In this document: one piece after another, positions 18,630 through 28,294 of the stretch
Layout of the letters: every line of letters begins with the position of its first letter
Position numbering within the stretch: the first letter of the stretch is position 1
From: Terriglobia bacterium
Lineage (GTDB): Bacteria > Acidobacteriota > Terriglobia > Terriglobales > Acidobacteriaceae
DNA: 64,000 nt
NCBI GenBank assembly: GCA_963742495.1
Contig: CAVULZ010000006.1
Coordinates: 93,428-157,427, forward strand
Direction of reading: 5' to 3'
Notes under the pieces: generated by a model
Told to the model about the DNA's origin: nothing
The model's database searches: none
What the model saw: the letters and a program-made list of their open reading frames with translations, nothing else
Translations under genes and position numbers: made by a program

Positions 18630-21209
18630 TCAAGGAGCCGCCCGGAAAGTAGCCACCTGCATCGCCCAGACACCCGACCTGTCAGTCGCCGTGGCGTTGT
18701 AGCTGCCCGTGGCATTGACCGTCTTGTCTTCCGCGATGTTGCCGTACAGATTGATCATCCGCGTGGTGAAGCCCGACCCCGCAGTCGTGAACGACGAACC
18801 GCTCGTGCCCGCCCCGAAGATCAGTTCGCTGGCCGCTGTCGTGCTCACACTGCCGCTGTTCGCCGCTGTTCCCGTCCCGGCCGCTCCCACTGTCTTATCC
18901 AGCGGCGCGCTTGGGTCCAGCCCGCTGTATTCCAGGATGCGTACATCCGGGTACGCTGCCGCCTGGTTGAACTTCACTGTCACCGTCGTGCTGCCCCCCG
19001 CGATGTTCGGGGCGAAGTAGATCGACTGCCTCAGCCCTGTCCCAGTCGTCGGACCCACAGCCAGCGTATAGCTGTTCAACTTGTTGTCGGTCACCGAACT
19101 GATGGTCGAGGTGGTGTCGCCCCAGCCGATGACCACGATGTTCATGTCCCCTGCCGTCTGCGCCACCGGATAAGTCACCGCCACTGTCGTGTTCGAGGCC
19201 TGGATCGTTGCCGGCCCTGAATTCGACTGCACAAACGCGATGCTTCCCCCTCCGCCGCTGGACGTCGTGTAGGTATACCCGTTGTTCAAGGTGCCGGTCT
19301 GAGCGTCGGTGTTCTTCACCACCACGCTCACCGCGCCCGCTGCGTGTGCCGGTGCCGTCGCCGTGATCGTCGTACCGTTGGCTACGGTCACGCCTGTCGC
19401 CGCCGTTCCGCCAAAGCTCACCGTCGCTCCCGCCAGGAAGCCCGTGCCGGTGATGGTCACGGGCGTTCCCCCCGCTGTCGTTCCCGAAGCCGGCGACATC
19501 GCGCTCACCGTCGGCGCCGGATTGGATGAACCTCCACCTTTGGCCCGGAACGTGGCCATCTGCATTACCCACGCGGTTGACGTTTTCAGGGGTGCGCTGA
19601 CACTGTAACTCCCGGCGCTGGTCACGACCGTGTCTTCGCCCAGGTTTCCGTAGTAGTCGATCAGGCGCAGCGCGAAGCCTTTGCCCGCCCCACTGAACGC
19701 GTTGCCATTCGTCCCCGCGCCAACAATCAACTCGTTCGCCGCCGTCGTCGCCGCGGCGCTGGTCGACGTCGTTCCTGTCCCCACTCCCGCCGCGATCGCA
19801 TCCAGCGGATTGCTCGCATCCAGCCCGCTGTACTCCATAATCCGCATGTCAGGATATGCCGCCGCCTGGTTGAAGGTCACCGTCACCGCGTTGCTGCCCG
19901 CGGCGATGCCCTTGGCATAGAAGATCGCCTGCCGCAGCCCGCTCCCCGTCGCCGTTCCTCCGGCCTGGCTGTAAATATTGCCATTGCTATCGGTCACCAT
20001 ACTCACCGACGAGGTGACATCTCCCCATCCCACCACCACCACATTCAGGTCGCCCGCAGTCTGGGCAATCGGATAACTTACCGATAGCGTCGTATTCTTC
20101 GCTTGCAGCGTGTTCGGTCCCGAACCCGACTGCACAAACGCGATCCCTCCTCCGCCGCCCGATGCAGAGGTGTAGGTGTAACCGTTGCTCAACGGTCCGC
20201 TCTGGCCGTCGGTGTTGGTCACAGTCACGCTCACAGTGCCCGCTGTGTGCGCCGGTGCCGTCGCTGTGATCGACGTACTGCTGGCCACCGTCACACCCGT
20301 CGCCGCGGTTCCGCCAAAGCTCACCGCCGCTCCCGCCAGGAAGCCCGTGCCGGTGATGGTCACCGGCGTCCCACCTGCTGTCGTTCCCGAGGCCGGCGAG
20401 ATCCCGCTCACCGTCGGCGCCGGATTCCCCGGGGGTGGCGGGGGCGGGTTGGTACCCGATTGCGAAAGCGGGATAAAACTGAAACTCCGCACGAACATGT
20501 AGCGAGTGATGTTGGGGGTCGCCAGACCACCCCAGCCGGTGCTGTTCGTTCCCCAGTGGTTGATCATGGCGTAGGCGGGGGTCTGGGGGACGACGCCGGT
20601 GTGCGTCGACACCAGGAGGCCGTCAACATAAAAGCTGATCGAACTCGGCGTCCACACGCATTTGTAAGAGTGAAAGCCCGCCTCGGGCGCGAAGGGCGCT
20701 TGCGACGAGGTCGATTGCTTCGTGTTCACGCTGCTCCAGGTTGTCCACCAGAGCGTACCGGGATTCTGTCCTTCAATCTCCGGGCTGTCGATCTCGGTCT
20801 GCGAGTTGTTCACATACACGAAGCCCGAGCTGATCTGGCCGGAGACGGTTACACCGGATCCCGTGGGAGTGCTTGAAGTGGAAGAAGCGCGAATGACCCA
20901 CTCATAGGTTCCGAAGCCGAGGGTCTGTTTGGACTGCAGTTCGCCGCCCACCGAGGCGATCCCGCCGCTCGAGTTGTAGGTCTGCGTGACTTTGATGCGC
21001 AGCATCCCGGTGGAGAAGTCGAGATTCGAAGGAACGAACGTGCCGCCGCCCGGAGCGCCCCAGTTGGAGGGGATCCATTTAGAAGTGTCGAGCGATCCAC
21101 TTGAGAAGTTATCGAAGAACGTCGCACCCGCCGGAGCCGAAGGCGCGGCGGCATGCAATGTACCGTGGACGAGGAAAAGGATTGCTAAGAGTAAAACGAC
21201 TATCCTCAT
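18630..21209 (-). CDS. secreted GH16-like glycoside hydrolase followed by two tandem [IPT/TIG + ~200-aa uncharacterised domain] modules
   Basis: Trimmed to ATG 21209 (MRIVVLLLAILFLVHGTLHA). The GH16 ExDxxE motif appears as TEIDSPEIEG. There is a poly-Pro linker. The IPT/TIG-like segments read ISPASGTTAGGTPVTITGTGFLAGA.VSFGGTAATGVTV. Confidence 0.8.
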   Translation of the reverse strand: MRIVVLLLAILFLVHGTLHAAAPSAPAGATFFDNFSSGSLDTSKWIPSNWGAPGGGTFVPSNLDFSTGMLRIKVTQTYNSSGGIASVGGELQSKQTLGFGTYEWVIRASSTSSTPTGSGVTVSGQISSGFVYVNNSQTEIDSPEIEGQNPGTLWWTTWSSVNTKQSTSSQAPFAPEAGFHSYKCVWTPSSISFYVDGLLVSTHTGVVPQTPAYAMINHWGTNSTGWGGLATPNITRYMFVRSFSFIPLSQSGTNPPPPPPGNPAPTVSGISPASGTTAGGTPVTITGTGFLAGAAVSFGGTAATGVTVASSTSITATAPAHTAGTVSVTVTNTDGQSGPLSNGYTYTSASGGGGGIAFVQSGSGPNTLQAKNTTLSVSYPIAQTAGDLNVVVVGWGDVTSSVSMVTDSNGNIYSQAGGTATGSGLRQAIFYAKGIAAGSNAVTVTFNQAAAYPDMRIMEYSGLDASNPLDAIAAGVGTGTTSTSAAATTAANELIVGAGTNGNAFSGAGKGFALRLIDYYGNLGEDTVVTSAGSYSVSAPLKTSTAWVMQMATFRAKGGGSSNPAPTVSAMSPASGTTAGGTPVTITGTGFLAGATVSFGGTAATGVTVANGTTITATAPAHAAGAVSVVVKNTDAQTGTLNNGYTYTTSSGGGGSIAFVQSNSGPATIQASNTTVAVTYPVAQTAGDMNIVVIGWGDTTSTISSVTDNKLNSYTLAVGPTTGTGLRQSIYFAPNIAGGSTTVTVKFNQAAAYPDVRILEYSGLDPSAPLDKTVGAAGTGTAANSGSVSTTAASELIFGAGTSGSSFTTAGSGFTTRMINLYGNIAEDKTVNATGSYNATATDRSGVWAMQVATFRAAP
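18633..20426 (-). repeat. intragenic tandem duplication: two ~0.9-kb modules (18633-19523 and 19524-20426)
   Basis: Both modules start NPAPTVS..SPASGTTAGGTPVTITGTGFLAGA and end W.MQ.ATFRA. They are 297 and 301 aa and colinear throughout, including IAFVQS.SGP..., AQTAGD.N.VV.GWGD, FNQAAAYPD.RI.EYSGLD. Confidence 0.85.
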
Positions 21210-21797
21210 TATAAGAACCTCTACAGGAGATGGGGATGGGCGAACCAATCCCTTATTGGCCAGAGGGACTGCGGGGCCTGGGAACGGTCAAATTTCCGAC
21301 TACTCAGTTCTTGAAGATTTACGCTCGACGTGCCAGTTCACTCAGCGGCTGTCTACCCGAAAGAAGGGGACTACTCCGCTCATCACTAACTTTGATGAAA
21401 ACTCAAACCCACGTCCATAAGGCAGCAAGACGTGGCTGAACTGGAATCCGAAGCGGTTGCTGCAAAAATGTTTCCCGACTCCGCATCAAGGACGCGGAGA
21501 CAGAAACCCTGGGTTCGACGAATAGCGGCCCGGGAATACTAACAAAACCGGAGCTAAAAGTCTTGTACCGGCAGCCCTGAATCCCGCACCCGGCGGGCGA
21601 TTTGGCCCATAGGGCAGCGGACGGCCTGATTCCGGAAGAACTGATCACCTTGCTGCCCTGACCGGCCGGGTCTACTTTAGGTCCACAATTTCCGGGGGAT
21701 GGGGTCGAACGGTTAGGAGTACAAAGGGGTATCCGTAGGAGTGCAACGGGAGTAGGTTAGACTCCGTCTGAAGCGGCCGTCCAGGAGGGAAGCCGTC

Positions 21798-22253
21798 ATG
21801 CGAATCAGTCCAATTTCCCAAAACGAATGCAGTGAGCTGTTGAAACGCGTATCTGTCGGAAGACTGGCATGTTCGTTGGACAACCAACCGTATGTTGTAC
21901 CCGTTCGCTTTTCGTATGAGCCTGACTGCATTTACATCTTTTCGACCGTCGGCAAGAAGATCAAGTGGATGCGGCAAAATCCCAAGGTTTGTCTGCAAGC
22001 CGACGAAATAGGAAATTCGTCGAGCTGGCTCAGCGTAATCGTGACTGGAACCTACCTGGAACTGAATGAGCCGCAGTACCACACCGCGCAGCGGGAACAT
22101 GCGCGGGAACTGCTTGCCCAGCAACCTGAATGGTGGCGAATCCCTCTGTCGGAAGCACGCGACAGATCGCTGGTTTCTTCGATTGAGACTGTGTTCTTTC
22201 GCATCGACATTCAGTCGATGAGCGGACTCCGTGCCATCCCGGAGGTAGTCTAA
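21798..22253 (+). CDS. pyridoxamine 5'-phosphate oxidase-family (FMN-binding split-barrel) protein
   Basis: The sequence LLKRVSVGRLACSLDNQPYVVPVRFSYEPDCIYIFSTVGKKIKWMRQNPKVCLQADEI...SVIVTGTYLEL is typical of the Pyridox_ox_2-like family. The 151-aa size fits. Confidence 0.75.
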   Translation: MRISPISQNECSELLKRVSVGRLACSLDNQPYVVPVRFSYEPDCIYIFSTVGKKIKWMRQNPKVCLQADEIGNSSSWLSVIVTGTYLELNEPQYHTAQREHARELLAQQPEWWRIPLSEARDRSLVSSIETVFFRIDIQSMSGLRAIPEVV

Positions 22254-22310
22254 GCCGGCCATTACACAGATTTTTAGGTACCGGTCGGTGCGCACAAAGG
22301 AGCGATTGCT

Positions 22311-24830
22311 GTGTCGAAAAGACCTGGATCACTTGTTTCCCGAGTAGCACTTGCCCTTATCACGGGCACGCTGATGGTCGCCTTGCCGTGCGCGGCCGAG
22401 CAATTAGCTAACGACAAGTTGTCCCTTACGGTGAGCGCGCAGGATGGGTCGTACGAGTTGGGTTTGCGGGGCACCCAGCCCGTGCTCAAAGCCCGTGTAG
22501 GAGCACAGGTTGACCACCAATGGCTGCGATCGAGCGATTACCCGCAGCGCCACGCTGCGGAGTCTGCCTTCAGCGATGGGCTCGGCTCCGGCCGCCAAGT
22601 GACGGTCACTTGCAACGGGCTGGATGGCAAACCTGAGCTGGTTTACATACTGCAGCTTTATGATCAGCGTCCCTACGGGACCGTCCAGGTAAAAGTGCAG
22701 AACAACACGGGGAACGAGGTAACCGTGCAGGCGATTCGGAGTGTGGACGCGATCGGTGAGCCGGTCCTCGATCTGGGCGGACATCAATCGGCGAACCGGG
22801 TCCTCTCGGACAGTTTCAGCGAAGATTGGCCGGACCTGTCGCTCTACGACCTCGGGGCCGCACCCGGCGGGCTGCATCGTGGTGTAGGGAGCCAACTCAT
22901 CTACAATCAGGAAAGTAAGCAGAGTTTATTTCTTGGCGCACTTACCTCAGACCGGTTTCTGACCCTGCTGCGTCTCCAGGCTGAGGGTATCGGCGCAAAA
23001 AGCAGAATCGCTTCCTATAGCGTGGAGTCCACCGGAACCACGGAAATCCAGAAGGCATTCAATCTGAAGAATTCGCCCGATGATGACCGGGTCGAATTGA
23101 GCCTTCCTCTTAAACCCAAAGAAGCCCTGGTTTCAGAGCGATTGCTGTTCGAAACCGGACCGGATTATCACGGCCAGCTCTTAGCCTACGGGGATGCCAT
23201 TCGGCTCTTGCACCACGCCCGCGTCTCCAGCGCGACTCCGATCGGTTGGTGGAGCTGGACTGCCTACTATGGCGCGATCAATGAAGGCGAGACTCTGGCC
23301 AATGCAGACTGGCAGGCCGAACATCTGAAATCGCTCGGATACAAGTATTTCCAGATCGATGAAGGCTATCAGTATGCCCGGGGAGAATACACTACGGCCA
23401 ATGCGGTCCAATTCCCCGATGGGTTGCGATTCGTTGGGCATCACATCACCGGGGAGGGCCTGACTCTCGGAGTTTGGACTGCGCCGTTCGAGGTGACCAG
23501 CCGAGCCTGGATCTATGAGCACCACAAGGAATGGCTGGTCCGGAATGCCAAGGGCGAGCCTATCCCCATTGGCAAGGTCTGGAATCAGAATACGGATGTA
23601 CTCTACGCGCTGGACACCACGCACCCCGGAGCGCAGGAGTACATGCGACAGACTTACAACACGCTGGTACGCGAGTGGGGGGTAAGGTTCATCAAGCTGG
23701 ACTTCATGGATACCACGGCGATCGAGGGTTATCGTTACCGGCCCAACACGACGGCCATGGAAGCACAGCGCATCGGCCTGCAAGTAATCCGAGACACAGT
23801 AGGCGATGAGGTAATCCTGGATAAAGACGGCAGCCCCATGCTCAACCCCGTGGGACTGGTGGACACGGGCAGGGTCTCCGTCGATACAGGGCACAGCTTT
23901 CAGAGGACAAAGAATGCCGCTCCTGGTATCGCTGCCCGCTTCTACATGCACCGCAATTTTTTCGTCAATGATCCGGACGCCTTCAATATCACCGACAAAT
24001 ACATCGTGGAAAGCAAGAACGCCGAGCCTTCCCTTTCGCTGGGCGCGGCCCAGGCGTCGATCGCGCTCTCCGCGGTATCCGGCGGCATGTACGAAATCGG
24101 AGATGACATGCTGGTGCTGGGTTCTGAGAAAGATCGATTGGCTCTGGTTGAGAACCAAGAATTACTGAATATGGCCAAAGTGGGGCGAGCGCATACTCCG
24201 GTTGATCTGATGACATACCTGCCGGAAGATGAACAGCCCAGCATTTTCTTCCTGCAGGAGAGTCAGCGCCAAGCCATACTGACTGTCTTCAACTGGACGA
24301 ATGCAGCCCGTTCGCACACGCTGAAGCTCGCAGGCCTCGGCCTTCACGCCGACCATAGCTTTGCGGCGACCGATGTCCTCAAGCAGGATGTGATGAAGCA
24401 GGATGTGACGAAGCAGGACGCGTCGTTTGCGATCGAGGGAGGCGGGATTCGGATTGAGAACCAGCCTCCTCACTCGGTGAAGGTGATCAAAATAATTGAC
24501 AGGAACTTTGCCGAGGCGGCTCCAACCATAACGACTCAAGTGCCCTCAGCGGCTGCCACGGGTGAGACGATCAGTCTCTCGGCGCAGGCTGGGGCGGACG
24601 GGGTGCCCGCAGTCTCGTATCACTGGGATTTTGGTGATGGCACCAGCGCAGACGGCTCCAAAACGTCTCATGCCTACACGACAGCAGGGGATTTTGCCGT
24701 ACGTCTGACGGTCGACGGAGTGGATGGCGTGCCCGTCCGGCAGACCTTCTCGATCAAGGTAACCGGCACTTTGAGGGCGCTGCCCAGCCTCAATGAGAAT
24801 CGGCGCTTCGTAGAGCCAACCGACCGCTGA
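22311..24830 (+). CDS. secreted clan GH-D (GH27/GH36-like, alpha-galactosidase-like) glycoside hydrolase with C-terminal PKD domain
   Basis: The GTG start is preceded by AAAGGAG and followed by a signal peptide (ALITGTLMVALPCAAEQ). TIM-barrel motifs include GWWSWTAYYG, YFQIDEGYQ and VRFIKLDFMD. A PKD-like SYHWDFGDGTSADGSKTSHAYTTAGDFAVRLTV lies at the C-terminus. Confidence 0.75.
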   Translation: MSKRPGSLVSRVALALITGTLMVALPCAAEQLANDKLSLTVSAQDGSYELGLRGTQPVLKARVGAQVDHQWLRSSDYPQRHAAESAFSDGLGSGRQVTVTCNGLDGKPELVYILQLYDQRPYGTVQVKVQNNTGNEVTVQAIRSVDAIGEPVLDLGGHQSANRVLSDSFSEDWPDLSLYDLGAAPGGLHRGVGSQLIYNQESKQSLFLGALTSDRFLTLLRLQAEGIGAKSRIASYSVESTGTTEIQKAFNLKNSPDDDRVELSLPLKPKEALVSERLLFETGPDYHGQLLAYGDAIRLLHHARVSSATPIGWWSWTAYYGAINEGETLANADWQAEHLKSLGYKYFQIDEGYQYARGEYTTANAVQFPDGLRFVGHHITGEGLTLGVWTAPFEVTSRAWIYEHHKEWLVRNAKGEPIPIGKVWNQNTDVLYALDTTHPGAQEYMRQTYNTLVREWGVRFIKLDFMDTTAIEGYRYRPNTTAMEAQRIGLQVIRDTVGDEVILDKDGSPMLNPVGLVDTGRVSVDTGHSFQRTKNAAPGIAARFYMHRNFFVNDPDAFNITDKYIVESKNAEPSLSLGAAQASIALSAVSGGMYEIGDDMLVLGSEKDRLALVENQELLNMAKVGRAHTPVDLMTYLPEDEQPSIFFLQESQRQAILTVFNWTNAARSHTLKLAGLGLHADHSFAATDVLKQDVMKQDVTKQDASFAIEGGGIRIENQPPHSVKVIKIIDRNFAEAAPTITTQVPSAAATGETISLSAQAGADGVPAVSYHWDFGDGTSADGSKTSHAYTTAGDFAVRLTVDGVDGVPVRQTFSIKVTGTLRALPSLNENRRFVEPTDR

Positions 24831-24943
24831 GCGAGGTCCGATGTGGGCTGAACCGGCGGCTTCACGTTCTCATGCCTGCACCAATGTTTGGTAGTTGACT
24901 CGGGAAAGATCCAGGCGTACGGTCGCCTCAAAGGAGTATCCCC

Positions 24944-25141
24944 ATGAGCGCAAATCCCCAGAAGAAATCGCCTACCAGCGTGACCAGCGAACCCCTAGAC
25001 ATCGGACTAGAAGACCAGATCCGCCTACGCGCCTACGAGCTCTACGAGGCCCGCGGCTGCCGGGACGGCCACGAGATGGAAGACTGGCTTCAGGCTGAAG
25101 CAGAACTCAAGGAAAAGAAGGTCCGCCCGATCGCGGCCTAA
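24944..25141 (+). CDS. DUF2934-family small protein
   Basis: The motif IRLRAYELYEARGCRDGHEMEDWLQAEAEL is characteristic. AAGGAG lies upstream. Confidence 0.7.
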   Translation: MSANPQKKSPTSVTSEPLDIGLEDQIRLRAYELYEARGCRDGHEMEDWLQAEAELKEKKVRPIAA

Positions 25142-25172
25142 TGCAACTTGTGCCCTAAACAACCCTGGCCCC

Positions 25173-25191
25173 GACCCCTCGGGGTCTTTTT
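25173..25191 (+). terminator. rho-independent terminator
   Basis: The stem is gaccc / gggtc with a cucg loop (25173-25186), followed by T5 (25187-25191). Confidence 0.55.
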
Positions 25192-25450
25192 GCATCCATC
25201 GCCTGCCCCCCGGCTCTTGCCGGCATCGCCCTCCGGTCTCACGAAGAAACTCTTGGCTTCACCGCCTATTTGTTGCGGACGATTTACGATGGTAACAATT
25301 TTGCGCTGGGTACAAATGGCATCAGCGACGCCCATAACCCGGGACAATGTCAGCGTGGTCGCTTTCCGCCGGCAGGTGACGTAAGGCATTGATCTGCAAG
25401 CCTCAGCATCTCCCGCCTCTCCGAAGGCATCTAATGAGTAGAGGCGCAAT

Positions 25451-25891
25451 ATGAAGCGATTTTCTCCCGCGGCGGCGATCTTAATCGTGGTGGCGGCAAT
25501 TTCCGCTGCGGCTGTACCAAGTTCCAGTACCGCGAACGTGCCAGCATTTCCGGGCACGCTGGCGAATGCCCGTTATGTCTATGTTGCCTCCTACGACGGA
25601 GATCAGTTTAGCCCCAACCTCCTGCCGGAAGATCGGGAGGCGATCGGCGCCGTACAAAGCGCGATACAGAATTGGGGAAGACTTACGGTCGTATACCGGC
25701 CCTCCGAAGCCGACATCATCCTGCTGGTGACCAGGCGACCTTCCGAAGACCTGCTGGCCGTCTACGACGCGCACGGGCCGCGGGGCACTTATCTCTGGCG
25801 GGTCATGGGCCGCGACGGTCTCGCCTCCGGCGAGACTCCGCTCGTCACGCAATTTGAGAAGGCCTTCGAAAGCGTGCAAAACCACAAGTAA
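25451..25891 (+). CDS. secreted hypothetical protein
   Basis: A signal peptide is present (MKRFSPAAAILIVVAAISAAAVPSSS). Terminator hairpins lie on both sides. No family was recognised. Confidence 0.55.
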   Translation: MKRFSPAAAILIVVAAISAAAVPSSSTANVPAFPGTLANARYVYVASYDGDQFSPNLLPEDREAIGAVQSAIQNWGRLTVVYRPSEADIILLVTRRPSEDLLAVYDAHGPRGTYLWRVMGRDGLASGETPLVTQFEKAFESVQNHK

Positions 25892-25918
25892 GAAGCACCT
25901 CGGATCTCTCCAAACAAA

Positions 25919-25947
25919 AGCCCCGCACCCATCCGGGGCTTTATTCT
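25919..25947 (+). terminator. rho-independent terminator
   Basis: A 7-bp stem agccccg / cggggct (25919-25940) is followed by ttattctt. Confidence 0.55.
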
Positions 25948-26013
25948 TGCGAGCGATGCTAATTAATCGGATTCCGTCATGCGTCAACCGATTGCGGAAG
26001 TTTCCCCAGCGAC

Positions 26014-27015
26014 TTAGTCGCTCGACCGGGATTTCCTCGCCGGTCCAGTCGCATGAGTCGACCTCGATTGGCTGCGGAAACGCGCGGGGGGAACAGTGAA
26101 CTCGCGCTTGAACGCCCGGTTAAAAGCGGCTTCGGACTCGTAGCCGACCTCGGATGCAATCTGTGCCACCGAATAACTGGTCGAAGCAAGCATCTGCGCT
26201 CCCAACCGAAGTCGCCAGCGCGTGAGGTAGGTCATGGGAGGCTCATTGAGGTAATGACGGAAGCGCTCGGCCAGCACCGAGCGTGACAGCCCCGCTTCTT
26301 TCGCCAAGGAAGCAATGGTCCACGGCCGCGCAGGACTTCGGTGCATCAGCGCCAGTGTCTTTCCGACCTCCGAATCGCGGGCTCCGGCCAGCCAACCGGT
26401 TTGCTCCGCGGGAAGTTGCGCAATGTAGGCGCGCAGTGTTTCCACAAATAGGACCTCCGACAGTTTGGCCAAGACTGCTTCTCCGCCGGCGCGGGAAGCG
26501 TCACCTTCATTCACTAAAAAGCGGATCGAGTTCTCCAGCCACCTGCCAGATGCATCATTACGAATACTAACTTTGAACAGCGGCGGGAGGCCGCTGAGAA
26601 AAACCTGGCTCAACCGTGGCTCGCACGCCATATAGCCACAAATGAATCTCGTGACTTCCCCTCCGCCACCCAGGCGGGCCAGCTTCAACCCCTGGGAAAC
26701 AATTCGAGCCAATTCCTTCGCTATGTCCACAGGCTTGGTCGGCCGGCCGTTTTCGATGAGGTGCGCATCACCGTGGGGAAAAATCACGATGTCACCGGCG
26801 TCGAGAGTTATGCGCTCGCCGTCCAGCAACCGCGCAGAGGCTCTCCCTTCCGTGAGCAAGTGATAAATGATCACGTGCCCGGCGCCCGGCGCCAGGCAGG
26901 ACGCCACTGCATGGGAGGGCGGCGAGCAAACGCTCCACGGCGAGGAAAATTCTCCGTTGTAGTACATGGCCCCCTGGAGCTTCACCACCTTCAGCACCTC
27001 GGAGAGCACATCCAT
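26014..27015 (-). CDS. AraC-family transcriptional regulator with N-terminal cupin-type sensor domain
   Basis: Trimmed to ATG 27015 (GGAGG upstream). The N-terminus MDVLSEVLKVVKLQGAMYYNGEFSSPW is typical of cupin_6-type AraC regulators. The C-terminal double HTH reads IASLAKEAGLSRSVLAERFRHYL...YSVAQIASEVGYESEAAFNRAFKREF. Confidence 0.85.
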   Translation of the reverse strand: MDVLSEVLKVVKLQGAMYYNGEFSSPWSVCSPPSHAVASCLAPGAGHVIIYHLLTEGRASARLLDGERITLDAGDIVIFPHGDAHLIENGRPTKPVDIAKELARIVSQGLKLARLGGGGEVTRFICGYMACEPRLSQVFLSGLPPLFKVSIRNDASGRWLENSIRFLVNEGDASRAGGEAVLAKLSEVLFVETLRAYIAQLPAEQTGWLAGARDSEVGKTLALMHRSPARPWTIASLAKEAGLSRSVLAERFRHYLNEPPMTYLTRWRLRLGAQMLASTSYSVAQIASEVGYESEAAFNRAFKREFTVPPARFRSQSRSTHATGPARKSRSSD

Positions 27016-27384
27016 AGATCCTCCCGCCGGACTCCCGGCAAACCTCTCCGGACTCCTGAGCAAATCATCACACGGCAACGCTGCCATGAGCAAGAAAGCC
27101 GGACGCGCAGGTAAGTATGCAGGCGAGACCTGCGCCATAGTGACCCTGTCGGGACAGGCGAACCGAGAATCGCCAGTCCTGAAGTGATCAGATTTCGAAC
27201 GCAAGAGGAGACCAGGATCGAAGCGGCGACATTCAGCTTGGAAAGGCGACGTTTTGTGGGCCCGAAGACCCAACCAGCCTTGACGTTGTTAGCGGAGTAT
27301 CGACCGGCAGCAATGAATACTAAAGCGGTCCAGCATGTGAGCCGCAGGCAAGAAATAGGAAACAAACAAAATTGAGGAGCAACC

Positions 27385-28101
27385 ATGAGTACTACTACGA
27401 CTGTACCGGAAATCGACGGTTTGAAGGCACGGCTGAAAGCAACCTGGATGGCCGGAGACTACGACCGCTTCTCGCGCTACATGGAACAGGGCGCGCGCAT
27501 TTTCTACGAACAACTCGATGTTCCCCCAGGATGTCAGCTGCTCGATGTGGCCTGTGGCTCAGGCCAGGTCGCGCTCTGGGCGGCCCGAGATGGTGTGAAT
27601 GTCACGGGCGTGGACATCGCGCCGAACCTGGTGCAGAGAGCGCAAGCCCGCGCCAGCGCGGAGGGTCTCAAGGCTCGCTTCATGGAGGGCGACGCCGAAG
27701 ATCTTCCGTTCGAAGATGCCAGCTTCGACGTCGTGACCAGCCTGGTCGGAGCGATGTTTGCCCCACGGCCGGAACTCGTGGCCCGCGAGCTGCTGCGAGT
27801 GTGCAGTCCCGGAGGCACGATCGCGATGGGAAATTGGACACCCGAAGGGTTCATTGGACAAATGTTCAAAACCTTCGCCAAGTTCATCGCTCCCTCAGGC
27901 ATGCCGGCGCCGGTGTTGTGGGGCGATGAGACAGTTGTGCGCAAGAGGCTGGGCCATGGGGTTTCAGACCTTACGATGACGCGGCGCCACTACATCTTTA
28001 CCTACCCCTTCCCACCGGCAGAGGTGGTGGAGTTCTTTTGTCAGTACTATGGACCCACCAATCGCGCGTTCGCATCGTTTCCTCTCACAAGACACAGATG
28101 A
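27385..28101 (+). CDS. class I SAM-dependent methyltransferase (3' end possibly frameshifted)
   Basis: Motif I is [19 protein letters not shown] and post-I is [11 protein letters not shown]. The ORF ends abruptly after ...[18 protein letters not shown], while an overlapping frame stays open to 28238. Confidence 0.8.
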   Translation: MSTTTTVPEIDGLKARLKATWMAGDYDRFSRYMEQGARIFYEQLDVPPGCQLLDVACGSGQVALWAARDGVNVTGVDIAPNLVQRAQARASAEGLKARFMEGDAEDLPFEDASFDVVTSLVGAMFAPRPELVARELLRVCSPGGTIAMGNWTPEGFIGQMFKTFAKFIAPSGMPAPVLWGDETVVRKRLGHGVSDLTMTRRHYIFTYPFPPAEVVEFFCQYYGPTNRAFASFPLTRHR

Positions 28102-28294
28102 GCATATACAAGAACCTGGAACATCTATCCGAAGAGAATCATAAGGCGATCTGGGGAACCCAGGAATTCTATCGCGCCTTCAGTCTGGTGAATGGCGGTC
28201 GCGCGCGCGAATCCGATCTGTTCGAAGGACTGCGCTGATAGGATTTGTGTGTCGCATCTGTCTTGAAGCGGACTTTTGGGGGTCTTTCATCGCG

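Noticed and set aside
21650-21797. An FMN or other riboswitch upstream of the PNPOx-family gene
   Set aside because: I could not find the conserved FMN, cobalamin (B12-box), glycine, c-di-GMP or SAM core sequences. Local stems alone are not evidence.
21672-22295. A 207-aa minus-strand ORF overlapping the PNPOx-like gene
   Set aside because: The plus-strand gene has a clear family signature, and the minus-strand product has none.
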